Shown here: piece after piece, positions 55,402 through 64,000 of the stretch | How the letters are laid out: each line of letters opens with the position of its first letter | Numbering within the stretch: the stretch's first letter is position 1 | Source of the DNA: Pseudidiomarina sp. | Lineage (GTDB): Bacteria; Pseudomonadota; Gammaproteobacteria; Enterobacterales; Alteromonadaceae | Reading direction: 5' to 3' | Length of the DNA: 64,000 nucleotides | Assembly (NCBI RefSeq): GCF_048268165.1 | Contig: NZ_JBLWWA010000001.1 | Coordinates: 526,134 to 590,133, forward strand | The notes under the pieces: generated by a model | Told to the model about the DNA's origin: nothing | The model's input: the letters and a program-made list of their open reading frames with translations, nothing else | Database searches by the model: none | Position numbers and translations under genes: made by a program

Positions 55402-56222
55402 GCGTTGCCGTCCTGCTCTTTTTGCGTGCGAGCATTAGTGCTCTCGAAGATTTTGTCGGCTGAAGCGGCAACAAAACCCGTGTAGAGCTGATCAGGCGCT
55501 ATCTCGTAACGCTTTGCGAATTCATAGAAACAGCTTGGAATTACTTTTTCCATATCGCTAAAACGCACTGCGGTATGATCCGCCATGGTTGAGGACTGTT
55601 CTAAAAACACCTCACGTGAGCCTTTAATCTCGCCACCTGAAGTGTTTAATTGAAAACCAGCTTCTTTTAACGTTGCGTTTACTTGTTCGAGTGATTCAAA
55701 GTCAGGCAGCTCGTTTACGTTCACTGTAAAATGATTCGCTCGGAAACCAAAGGCAGCCATCCAAGCCGCATACTCACTTTCTTCAAGCAATTGCTCGTAA
55801 TCGGTACTGCTGATTTGCCAGTGCGCGCCGGAGTATAAAAATTCTGGTTTGGCAACGCTTTGCGCGTCAACCTGTGCAACCAACGCGTGCACGATTCGTT
55901 GCAACTCTGGTGAAAACTCTTCCACCAACAGCTCTGAAATAAATATTTTCGGTAACCGCGGGTCGCTGTGTTCGTAATGCTTGGCCACCAGTTTTTTGGC
56001 TTCAAACACGTAGTCGCCTGAAGCTTTATAGCCCATATCTTCAAAATGTTTAGCTAACGCGGTTAAGCGCACAGGTGCAATATTGAAGGTACGAAAAGCA
56101 ACATGGTCGTTAATGATTGACCGCCCCTGCCCAAGTACTTGATGAACTTTCGCAGCTGACGGTGTTAACTGAACGTAATCGTTCCAAAGATTGTCAAAAA
56201 ATTGCTCAACAGAGTGTGACAT
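55398..56222 (-). CDS. DUF1338 protein (2-oxoadipate dioxygenase/decarboxylase-like)
   Basis: [34 protein letters not shown] and FYEFAKRY; the H…H…E metal triad is present. Confidence 0.82.
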   Translation of the reverse strand: MSHSVEQFFDNLWNDYVQLTPSAAKVHQVLGQGRSIINDHVAFRTFNIAPVRLTALAKHFEDMGYKASGDYVFEAKKLVAKHYEHSDPRLPKIFISELLVEEFSPELQRIVHALVAQVDAQSVAKPEFLYSGAHWQISSTDYEQLLEESEYAAWMAAFGFRANHFTVNVNELPDFESLEQVNATLKEAGFQLNTSGGEIKGSREVFLEQSSTMADHTAVRFSDMEKVIPSCFYEFAKRYEIAPDQLYTGFVAASADKIFESTNARTQKEQDGNA

Positions 56223-56251
56223 ATACTACTATAACCTCGAAAATGTCTGGA

Positions 56252-57610
56252 TTAACCGCGGCCTTGCCGTGCTTCTTTCAATGATTCAGCAACAAGAAAC
56301 GCTAATTCTAACACTTGGTCAGCGTTCAAGCGAGGATCACATTGCGTGCGATACCTTTGGGTTAAGTCACGTTCGCTTATTTGATAGGCGCCACCGGTGC
56401 ATTCGGTAACATCTTCACCGGTCATTTCAAGGTGAACGCCACCAGGATAGGTACCTTCTGCTTGGTGAACCGCGAAAAATTGGCGCAACTCTTGGTGTAT
56501 GGCATCAAAATTACGGGTTTTAAGACCATTTTCAGCCTTAACAGTGTTGCCATGCATCGGATCACTTGACCACACCACATGACGCCCTTCAGCTTTCACA
56601 CGACGAACTATCGCCGGCAGCGCATCGGCCAAGGTATTCGCGCCCATGCGGCTAATGAACGTCATCCGCCCTGCTTCATTATCTGGGTTCAGCACATCAA
56701 GCAAACGAATCACATCGTCGGGGCTTGTGGTTGGCCCTATTTTAACGCCCAGTGGGTTATGAATGCCACGCATAAACTCAACGTGCGCATGGTCTAGCTG
56801 ACGCGTACGCTCGCCTATCCATACCATATGCGCAGAACAGTCGTACGGGAGCCCTGTAAGGGTATCAGTGCGCGTAAGCGCCTCTTCATAGGGTAATAAC
56901 AAGGCTTCATGCGACGTAAATAATTGTGTTTCGTGAATGGTCGCATTGCTTTGTGCGTTAATTCCTAACACTTCCATAAATTTAAGTGCGGATTGAATCT
57001 GCTCAGCTACGCGTAAATATTGTTCTTTAAGCGGGTTAGCCTCAACGAAGCTCATATTCCATTTATGCACTTTGTGCAGATCGGCTAAACCACCTTGAGC
57101 AAAGGCGCGCAACAAATTCAACGTTGCTGCCGAATGGTGGTAAGCGTTTATCATGCGCTGCGGATCAGGCTCACGGGCCGCAGAAGTAAAATCTGCAGCA
57201 TTGATAATATCACCGCGATAACTCGGCAGTGAAACACCATCAACGGTTTCTAAATCGCTTGAGCGCGGTTTAGCGTACTGACCGGCCATGCGCGCTACCT
57301 TGGTAACCGGACAGGAGCCAGCAAAGGTTAACACCACGGCCATTTGCAAAATAACTTTGAAGGTGTCACGAATTTTTGGGGCGGTAAAATCGCTAAACGT
57401 TTCCGCACAGTCGCCACCTTGCAATAAAAACCCATGACCCTGACTTACTTTGCCCAATTGGGTGCGCAGCGCACGAATCTCTTCCGCAAAAACCAATGGC
57501 GGAAAAGTCTTCAGTTGCTGCTCGACGCCTTGCAACGTTGATAACGAAGCATAGCTAGGCTGTTGCTGGATTGGTTTATCCCTCCAACTGCGGGCACTCC
57601 AATTGGTCAT
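56252..57610 (-). CDS. Class II DAHP synthase
   Basis: [43 protein letters not shown] and HLEMTG…CDPRLN, diagnostic of class II. Confidence 0.95.
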   Translation of the reverse strand: MTNWSARSWRDKPIQQQPSYASLSTLQGVEQQLKTFPPLVFAEEIRALRTQLGKVSQGHGFLLQGGDCAETFSDFTAPKIRDTFKVILQMAVVLTFAGSCPVTKVARMAGQYAKPRSSDLETVDGVSLPSYRGDIINAADFTSAAREPDPQRMINAYHHSAATLNLLRAFAQGGLADLHKVHKWNMSFVEANPLKEQYLRVAEQIQSALKFMEVLGINAQSNATIHETQLFTSHEALLLPYEEALTRTDTLTGLPYDCSAHMVWIGERTRQLDHAHVEFMRGIHNPLGVKIGPTTSPDDVIRLLDVLNPDNEAGRMTFISRMGANTLADALPAIVRRVKAEGRHVVWSSDPMHGNTVKAENGLKTRNFDAIHQELRQFFAVHQAEGTYPGGVHLEMTGEDVTECTGGAYQISERDLTQRYRTQCDPRLNADQVLELAFLVAESLKEARQGRG

Positions 57611-57626
57611 GATTATCCTTATTATT

Positions 57627-58499
57627 TTAAAGTTGCTCGAGCGCTCGAATGCGTTTTGCTAAGGGCGGATGGCTCATAAAAAGTTCGCTAAAACTGCGTT
57701 TACTTTGAATACCAAAAGCCAGCATGGAGCCGTCGAGCGTTGACTCTTGTCCGTTTTGCAATCGTTTTAATGCAGCTATCATTTTATGCTTACCTACCAG
57801 AGCTGCAGAACCGGCATCTGCACGGAACTCTCGATGACGCGAGAACCACATCACAATAACACTCGCCAAAATTCCAAACACCAGTTCTAGCACCATGACA
57901 ATGCCAAAGTAAGCAAAGCCACCTAACCCTTGACCACTTTGCGAGCTACTGCGAGTTGCGTTATTGATCACCCCAGCAATCACCCGTGCAAAAAATATCA
58001 CAAAGGTATTCACCACACCCTGTATTAAAGTCAGAGTAACCATATCACCATTCGCGATATGACTGATTTCGTGCGCAAGAACCGCTTCAACTTCGTCCTG
58101 ATTCATGGAACGAAGGAGTCCTGTACTTACCGCAACTAAGGAACTCTTTTTGCTTGCACCCGTAGCAAACGCGTTGGGTTCAGGGGAATCGTAAATAGCC
58201 ACCTCAGGCATTGGAATACCGGCCCTTTGAGCTTGCCCTGCAATGGTATTGAACAGCCATTGCTCGGTGCTATTACGTGGTTGTGTAATAACATGCGCCC
58301 CAACTGAGCGCTTCGCCAACCATTTTGACATAGCCAGCGAGATAAACGCACCACCAAAGCCAAATAAAGCGGCAAATATAAACAAACTTTGATATTGCGA
58401 AGGTTCGATACCCAGTGCCGGAAGCACCAAGTTCATCACCACACCAAGTACCAAAAGAATTGCTAAGTTAGTTGCCAAGAAAAGACCAATCCGCAACAT
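57627..58499 (-). CDS. htpX: Heat-shock zinc metalloprotease HtpX
   Basis: [34 protein letters not shown] and SHPPL..RI. Confidence 0.96.
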   Translation of the reverse strand: MLRIGLFLATNLAILLVLGVVMNLVLPALGIEPSQYQSLFIFAALFGFGGAFISLAMSKWLAKRSVGAHVITQPRNSTEQWLFNTIAGQAQRAGIPMPEVAIYDSPEPNAFATGASKKSSLVAVSTGLLRSMNQDEVEAVLAHEISHIANGDMVTLTLIQGVVNTFVIFFARVIAGVINNATRSSSQSGQGLGGFAYFGIVMVLELVFGILASVIVMWFSRHREFRADAGSAALVGKHKMIAALKRLQNGQESTLDGSMLAFGIQSKRSFSELFMSHPPLAKRIRALEQL

Positions 58500-58540
58500 T
58501 TTTGTTAACCTCGTAATGACCCCAACGGATACCCCGATTT

Positions 58541-58567
58541 ATAAGGGCGTTAGCCCTGAATTACAAG
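58541..58567 (-). promoter_or_regulatory. Possible sigma-32 promoter for htpX
   Basis: Minus strand CTTGTAA-N12-GCCCTTAT resembles CTTGAAA…CCCCATAT, with mismatches in both boxes. Confidence 0.4.
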
Positions 58568-58662
58568 GCTTTTGCCATGTTTTTTATTACGTGTTTTGTT
58601 AAGCTATGGACCAATTTAGTTGAAAAATATGCATGACCTATTGCTGTAATCAGGAGAACCGA

Positions 58663-59379
58663 ATGAATTCTGCGCAATTATTACTCTTAAGTAGCTCACG
58701 CGCCGGCCAAAGTGACTATTTAGCGCCTTGCCTTGAACCCATCGCAAATCTATGCGAAACCCGAAAGGTTCTCTTTATTCCGTACGCGGGTGTCACGATG
58801 TCCTATGCGGACTACACCGCAAAAGTTGCAACGGCATTAAAGCCACGAAACATTCATATAGTTGGAATTGAAACCGCTGCAGACCCGGCCAGAGCAATTG
58901 CCGAAGCTGAGGCCATTATGGTTGGCGGCGGCAATACCTTTCACCTGCTTCAGCAGCTGTATCAGTTCAACTTAATCGAGCCTATCCAAGCGGCGGTGAA
59001 CAGCGGTACACCTTACATAGGTTGGAGCGCAGGTTCGAATATTGCCGGGTTAAGCATTCGTACCACCAATGACATGCCGATCATTGAACCACCATCGTTT
59101 GCTGCGCTTGAACTGGTGCCGTTTCAACTCAACCCGCATTATACCGACTATCAACCACCTGGTTTTCATGGCGAAACGCGTGATCAGCGCCTCGCTGAGT
59201 TTATGGCGCTTGAACCAAGCACACCAATAGTGGCTATTCCCGAAGGCACAGCGCTTAGAATCTCCAAACAAACCATGACCTATCAGGGCAATACGCCAGG
59301 ATTCGTATTTTTAAACGGTGAGAAACTCGAGTTATCACCGCAGCAAGACTGCAGCCAATGGCTTAAAGCAGCGAGTTAA
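58663..59379 (+). CDS. pepE: Dipeptidase E (S51)
   Basis: VGGGNTF, GWSAG nucleophile, QLNPHY and GETRDQRL. ATG 58663 follows an AGGAG RBS. Confidence 0.93.
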   Translation: MNSAQLLLLSSSRAGQSDYLAPCLEPIANLCETRKVLFIPYAGVTMSYADYTAKVATALKPRNIHIVGIETAADPARAIAEAEAIMVGGGNTFHLLQQLYQFNLIEPIQAAVNSGTPYIGWSAGSNIAGLSIRTTNDMPIIEPPSFAALELVPFQLNPHYTDYQPPGFHGETRDQRLAEFMALEPSTPIVAIPEGTALRISKQTMTYQGNTPGFVFLNGEKLELSPQQDCSQWLKAAS

Positions 59380-60052
59380 CGTTCAAGAAGTCAGCCAATT
59401 GCCCTGATTGGGCCATAGGCGAATAGGGAATTTCACCTAAACATGGGGCCCCAAGTAATTGCTTCAACGTCGCAATATTGGCGTTATATTCCGACATGGG
59501 TGTTGCCTGTGGCTGGTTGGCTATCCAACCGGCCAACTTCAGGCCGCGCCGCTCAATATCGGTTGCGGTGAGCAATGCATGATTTAAGCAACCAAGCTTC
59601 ATACCAACCACTAAAACAACCTCGGCAGCGGTCTCTTGTGCATAGTCAGCTAAACTCACGACATCGTTTAATGGCACTAACCAACCACCGGCACCTTCAA
59701 TGATCAAAACATCGCCATGCGATGAGGTCACAAGGTCTGTGTGTTGCAATAGGTCTGCTAAATTAACGGATACGCCTGCTTGATTTGCAGCAATGTGTGG
59801 CGCGATGGCAGGCGCAAAACAAAATGGATTAACCCGCTGGTATGAGTTTATGGATACGGTGATATCGCAGGCTTCCATTAACTGCAACGCGTCTGAATTA
59901 CGCAATTGCCCCACAACGGTTTCAGCGCCAGCGGCTACCGGCTTCAATGGCACACAGGTGCGACCATGCTTGCGTAGCGCATGAATGAGAGCCGTAGCAG
60001 AAGTTGTCTTGCCGGCATCAGTATCAGTGCCAGTTATAAAAATTTTTCTCAT
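59363..60052 (-). CDS. bioD: Dethiobiotin synthetase
   Basis: FITGTDTDAGKT, KPVAAG, IIEGAGGW and LGCLNHALLT. Start MRKIF at 60052. Confidence 0.95.
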   Translation of the reverse strand: MRKIFITGTDTDAGKTTSATALIHALRKHGRTCVPLKPVAAGAETVVGQLRNSDALQLMEACDITVSINSYQRVNPFCFAPAIAPHIAANQAGVSVNLADLLQHTDLVTSSHGDVLIIEGAGGWLVPLNDVVSLADYAQETAAEVVLVVGMKLGCLNHALLTATDIERRGLKLAGWIANQPQATPMSEYNANIATLKQLLGAPCLGEIPYSPMAQSGQLADFLNVNSLL

Positions 60053-60079
60053 AGAAATCCAACAAAAAGGCAATTGGAG

Positions 60080-60859
60080 TTAACCTTTAATCAACTCAAT
60101 AAATGCAATTTTCCAGTGTAAAAATAACGCGCCATCCGTGCTACGGTGGGCTTCCATAGCAGTTTCGACAGCGCTCAACTGTGACTTGGTAAGCCTGCGT
60201 GTCTGATGCAATGTATAATTAGCTCCAATACCTTTTAAGTCATGTAACATGTCCCGAACTTGTTGGTATGGCACCGCTATACTTTGTTGCGTGCAACGCC
60301 AGGTGACACCTTTCAAGCCCTTTAAGCAGGCATCAAGCTGTTGTGTATCAATAAATTTATTATGCCGAACATTCCCGGTAACGCGTTGAAAACAACCACC
60401 CAGTGGCGCCAAAGAACCGTCCATGACTGTACTCAATACCGCCCGCCCAGAAGGCTTTAAACAATCAACCACCTGTTGCAGGGTGCGGGGTAAATCAGTC
60501 ACCCACTGCACCGCTAAATTGGCATAAATTGTATCAATACTACGTTCTGCGAAAGGCAATGCTTCAATATCAGCCTGCACCCAACTGCTACCATCGGCAT
60601 AACCTGCTTGTGCTTGCTGCAACATACCCGCCGCGAAATCTAATCCAATATAGTGACTGGCGCGTCGTTGCAACGCCAACGTGTTAACCCCTGGGCCACA
60701 ACCCGCATCAACCGTTACACCAGAATTCTGCGGTAACATCTGCAGCAATGTTTCTGCACATTGGCGTTGCAATGAGTTGTGATTGCAGTAACTGGTGGCA
60801 GCTCTACTGAAATGTTGAGCAATTTTACTCTTATGAGCGTTGTTACTTTGCACCCGCAT
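60080..60859 (-). CDS. bioC: Malonyl-ACP O-methyltransferase
   Basis: FSRAA..Y, DAGCGPG SAM motif, DIEALPF and NLAVQW; within the bio operon. Confidence 0.9.
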   Translation of the reverse strand: MRVQSNNAHKSKIAQHFSRAATSYCNHNSLQRQCAETLLQMLPQNSGVTVDAGCGPGVNTLALQRRASHYIGLDFAAGMLQQAQAGYADGSSWVQADIEALPFAERSIDTIYANLAVQWVTDLPRTLQQVVDCLKPSGRAVLSTVMDGSLAPLGGCFQRVTGNVRHNKFIDTQQLDACLKGLKGVTWRCTQQSIAVPYQQVRDMLHDLKGIGANYTLHQTRRLTKSQLSAVETAMEAHRSTDGALFLHWKIAFIELIKG

Positions 60860-60862
60860 GGT

Positions 60863-61990
60863 TCAAACAGCCTGTGTTTCAGTTAACCGATGATAACAAT
60901 CGGCAAATGCAGCGACAAAAGCTCGAATTTCAGCTTCTTTATGCTGCGCAGTGAGCGTTATGCGAAGCCGTGCTGTGCCCTCTGGCACTGTGGGTGGGCG
61001 AATTGTGCCACACTTGAAGCCCTGCGAACTTAAAGCTGTACCTATGCGCATCACATTCGCATCGCTTCCTACCACCAGTGTTTGAATAGCGTGCTCACTC
61101 TTCCCCAGCGGAATATTCGCGCGGGTGGCTAATTCACCGAATAACGCAATATTGGTATCCAGTTGCTGACGTAATCGCGCCCCTTCGGCACTCTGAGCTA
61201 TCTTAATCGCAGCACTAACAGCCGTAGCCTGCGCAGCGGGAAAGGCTGTAGAGTATATAAATTCACGCCCATAATTCACTAAATAGTCAATTACACTGTC
61301 GGTGCCCACCATTGCCGCACCCATCACACCCAAGGCCTTGCCAAAAGTAGCTGTAATTAATGGCGCTTGCTTTTGGCTAAGCTCGCTTGCCGCACTTCGG
61401 CCGTCGGCCCCGATAATTCCTAGGCCATGGGCATCATCAATCCACAAATCGACATCGAGAGCTGCCAGCTCTCGCAGAGGTGCACTATCGCCATCCATGC
61501 TGAATACACTCTCGGTGACAAGTAAATTTGTGGCATCTGGTTTTAGCAGCTTGTTCGCATGCGTGGCGTCATTGTGCGCAAAACGTTTCCAGTGACGCTG
61601 CTCACGCACACCATCCAACAACGATGCGTGACTTAAGCGGTCTAACAATACACGGTCATATAATGGCGCGAGCGCTCGCATGGTGCATTGATTTGCGCTA
61701 AACCCACTGCTGAACAAGAGAACGTTATCGCGCTCTAGCCATTCGCTAAGATGCCGCCGTAGATAGGCATGCGGTTTTTGATAGCCAGCTACTAACGGTG
61801 ATGAACCACTGCCCGTGCCCCACTGTTGTAGGCCGCGCTGAAAAGCATCTAGTACCTGTGGGTGCTGTGACAAACCTAAATAATCGTTCGCCGAAAAATC
61901 GTGCGCAGCGGCGGCAACCGAAAGGCTCCGGTGCCTGCGCTGCTGACGGCGTAATTCAAGCTGCCGTTGTAAAACATCCTGAATTTGCAT
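60863..61990 (-). CDS. bioF: 8-amino-7-oxononanoate synthase
   Basis: DFSANDYLGL, HASLLDG, ESVFSMDGD, DDAHG, TFGKALG (PLP Lys) and IRPPTVP. Confidence 0.94.
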   Translation of the reverse strand: MQIQDVLQRQLELRRQQRRHRSLSVAAAAHDFSANDYLGLSQHPQVLDAFQRGLQQWGTGSGSSPLVAGYQKPHAYLRRHLSEWLERDNVLLFSSGFSANQCTMRALAPLYDRVLLDRLSHASLLDGVREQRHWKRFAHNDATHANKLLKPDATNLLVTESVFSMDGDSAPLRELAALDVDLWIDDAHGLGIIGADGRSAASELSQKQAPLITATFGKALGVMGAAMVGTDSVIDYLVNYGREFIYSTAFPAAQATAVSAAIKIAQSAEGARLRQQLDTNIALFGELATRANIPLGKSEHAIQTLVVGSDANVMRIGTALSSQGFKCGTIRPPTVPEGTARLRITLTAQHKEAEIRAFVAAFADCYHRLTETQAV

Positions 61991-61998
61991 TGTGAATG

Positions 61999-63039
61999 CT
62001 ACCGAACTTCGTAATAGCGAACGGGTTCTTGTTGCTCAGCAACCGCATCGCTGATAACAGCTTGATGCACTTCATCGCTATAATCATCATGAGCCATAGG
62101 TACTAAGCCTAAACGCTCAAACAAGGCGAGATCGTCATTGGTTTCAGGGTTAGCAGTGGTTAATAACCGTTCACCATAGAAGATCGAGTTGGCGCCCGCC
62201 ATAAAGCAAAGGGCCTGCAGTTCATCACTCATCGATTCCCGTCCGGCAGACAAGCGCACAAACGACTGCGGCATCAGAATGCGTGCAATAGCTATAGTAC
62301 GGACGAATTCAAACGGGTCCATATCATCCAACTTTGCAAAGGGCGTTCCTTCAACTTTAACCAGCATATTTACTGGCACGCTTTCTGGGTGTTGCGGTAA
62401 GTTTGCTAATTGCGCCAATAACCCAGCGCGATCGCGACGACTCTCCCCCATACCAACAATGCCTCCCGCACAAACCTTCATGCCGGCATCGCGTACATTT
62501 TGTAGTGTTGATAAGCGGTCAGCATAGGTGCGCGTTGTAATGATTTTGCCGTAAAATTCAGGTGACGTATCCAAGTTGTGATTGTAATAATCGAGTCCAG
62601 CTTGCTGTAATACTTGCGCTTGCTGTGGGCTTAACATGCCCAGTGTCATGCAAGTTTCCAGGCCAAGCTCCTTAACACCCTTTATCATTTCAATCACGTA
62701 AGGCATGTCACGGTCTTTGGGGTTTCGCCATGCAGCCCCCATACAAAAACGGCTTGCGCCCTGCTCTTTGGCTGACTTGGCTTCGGCCAAAACCTTTTCC
62801 ACCGCCATCAAGCGCTCTTTATCAACGTCTGTACGATAATGCGCGCTTTGTGGGCAGTATTTGCAATCCTCTGGACATGCTCCGGTTTTGATCGATAACA
62901 ATGTGCTGACTTGAACCGCGTTCGGATCAAAGTTTTGGCGGTGCACTTGTTGCGCTTGGAATAATAAGTCATTAAATGGCAGCGCAAATAGCGCTTCAAT
63001 CTCTTGAATTTGCCAGTCATGGCGAATCATTGCTGACAT
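61999..63039 (-). CDS. bioB: Biotin synthase
   Basis: [11 protein letters not shown] radical-SAM motif, [14 protein letters not shown] and GANSIFYG. Confidence 0.98.
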   Translation of the reverse strand: MSAMIRHDWQIQEIEALFALPFNDLLFQAQQVHRQNFDPNAVQVSTLLSIKTGACPEDCKYCPQSAHYRTDVDKERLMAVEKVLAEAKSAKEQGASRFCMGAAWRNPKDRDMPYVIEMIKGVKELGLETCMTLGMLSPQQAQVLQQAGLDYYNHNLDTSPEFYGKIITTRTYADRLSTLQNVRDAGMKVCAGGIVGMGESRRDRAGLLAQLANLPQHPESVPVNMLVKVEGTPFAKLDDMDPFEFVRTIAIARILMPQSFVRLSAGRESMSDELQALCFMAGANSIFYGERLLTTANPETNDDLALFERLGLVPMAHDDYSDEVHQAVISDAVAEQQEPVRYYEVR

Positions 63040-63108
63040 GTTGAATGTCCTTTTTTATTCGAGTTGTTGAAGATTAGATATTGCACAGGGTACGGAGATT
63101 ACCTAGAC

Positions 63109-63139
63109 TGTCAACTTGAAATGCACACTTTAAATTACA
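63109..63139. promoter_or_regulatory. Possible BirA operator between divergent bioB and bioA
   Basis: TGTCAAC-N17-AATTACA resembles TGT[AC]AAC…GTTTACA; the right half is degenerate. Confidence 0.45.
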
Positions 63140-63158
63140 ATCGGCTACTTTTTAACCA

Positions 63159-64000
63159 ATGCTAACAACAGACGACCTTCGTTTTGATCGCGACCACATT
63201 TGGCACCCTTACACGTCCTTCAACAACCCGCTGCCGGTATATTCAATAGCGGCGGCCGACGGCTGTGAACTTATTCTCGATGACGGTACCCGATTAATCG
63301 ATGGTATGTCGTCGTGGTGGGCAGCAATACATGGCTACAATCATCCGGTACTCAATGCGGCAGCCACCGAGCAAATGAGTCGCATGAGTCACGTCATGTT
63401 CGGCGGCATTACCCACCAGCCCGCAATTGATCTTTGCAGAAGCTTGCTAAATGTCGTACCCAAAGGCCTCAGCAAAGTGTTTTTGGCAGACTCAGGCTCA
63501 GTATCCATTGAGGTTGCGATAAAGATGGCGGTGCAGTATTGGTTTAGCCGTAACCAACCGAAGAAGAATCGTCTAGCCACTATTCGTGGTGGGTATCACG
63601 GCGATACCTTTGCGGCGATGTCGGTGTGTGATCCGGTGAATGGCATGCACAGCCTATTCAAAGGCAGCCTGCGCGAGCAACTCTTTGCGCCAACACCAGA
63701 AATTGGTCCAGACGATACGTGGCAACCAGAAGCACTACTGCCGCTGCAACAACTTCTTGAACAACATCAGCATGAGTTAGCAGCGTTAATTTTGGAACCC
63801 ATCGTTCAGGGTGCCGGAGGCATGCGTTTCTATCACCCTAACTATCTGCGCGGCGCACGTGAGCTGTGTGACAAGTACCATGTGCTTTTAATTGCTGACG
63901 AAATCGCCACCGGTTTCGGTCGCACGGGTAAACTCTTTGCCTGCGAACATGCAAACATCACCCCGGACATTATGTGTATTGGTAAGGCATTAACTGGGGG
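63159..64000 (+). CDS. bioA: DAPA aminotransferase, 3'-truncated by the window edge (not in ORF track)
   Basis: Manual translation [20 protein letters not shown]…[16 protein letters not shown]…[15 protein letters not shown]…[11 protein letters not shown]…[12 protein letters not shown]. Confidence 0.96.
   Translation, partial: MLTTDDLRFDRDHIWHPYTSFNNPLPVYSIAAADGCELILDDGTRLIDGMSSWWAAIHGYNHPVLNAAATEQMSRMSHVMFGGITHQPAIDLCRSLLNVVPKGLSKVFLADSGSVSIEVAIKMAVQYWFSRNQPKKNRLATIRGGYHGDTFAAMSVCDPVNGMHSLFKGSLREQLFAPTPEIGPDDTWQPEALLPLQQLLEQHQHELAALILEPIVQGAGGMRFYHPNYLRGARELCDKYHVLLIADEIATGFGRTGKLFACEHANITPDIMCIGKALTG

Noticed and set aside
59363-63039. No bioH in the bioBFCD operon
   Set aside because: bioH is unlinked in E. 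coli and many gammaproteobacteria, so this is not informative from this window.

Overview
A 64-kb chromosomal segment from a marine-type gammaproteobacterium; gene content and order suggest Alteromonadales, probably Idiomarinaceae (inference). It contains the chromosome dimer-resolution site dif (23439-23466, 25/28 identical to E. coli dif), so it probably spans the replication terminus. All four KOPS octamers found by eye point toward dif. Most of the window is conserved core: nhaC-pepN-gdhB-pyrD-zapC, tRNA-fMet, rlmKL-uup-DUF3466-rmf, fabA and a Lon-like gene, ccoNOQP-H-I-S-uspE-ttcA, rluE-mnmA-hflD-purB-roxA, ldh, ydiJ-ppsA-ppsR, DUF1338, a class II DAHP synthase, htpX, pepE and bioA/bioBFCD. 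An accessory-looking block of about 10 kb (21.5-31.3 kb) flanks dif. No integrase, transposase, prophage or CRISPR array was seen. No new system can be proven from sequence alone. The best candidates are: (1) a possible MFP-RND-exported SRPBCC-(CFI-box-CTERM) unit with no outer-membrane channel gene; (2) a cpdB-like gene whose last codons are the antisense of tRNA-fMet; (3) a cbb3 cluster lacking fnr and an FNR box, with a divergent Met/Cys lipoprotein; (4) a membrane-tethered XRE regulator pair with an operator-like repeat array; (5) co-located DUF1338 and YdiJ. rmf, bioA and the tRNA are missing from the supplied ORF track, and several start codons were revised.
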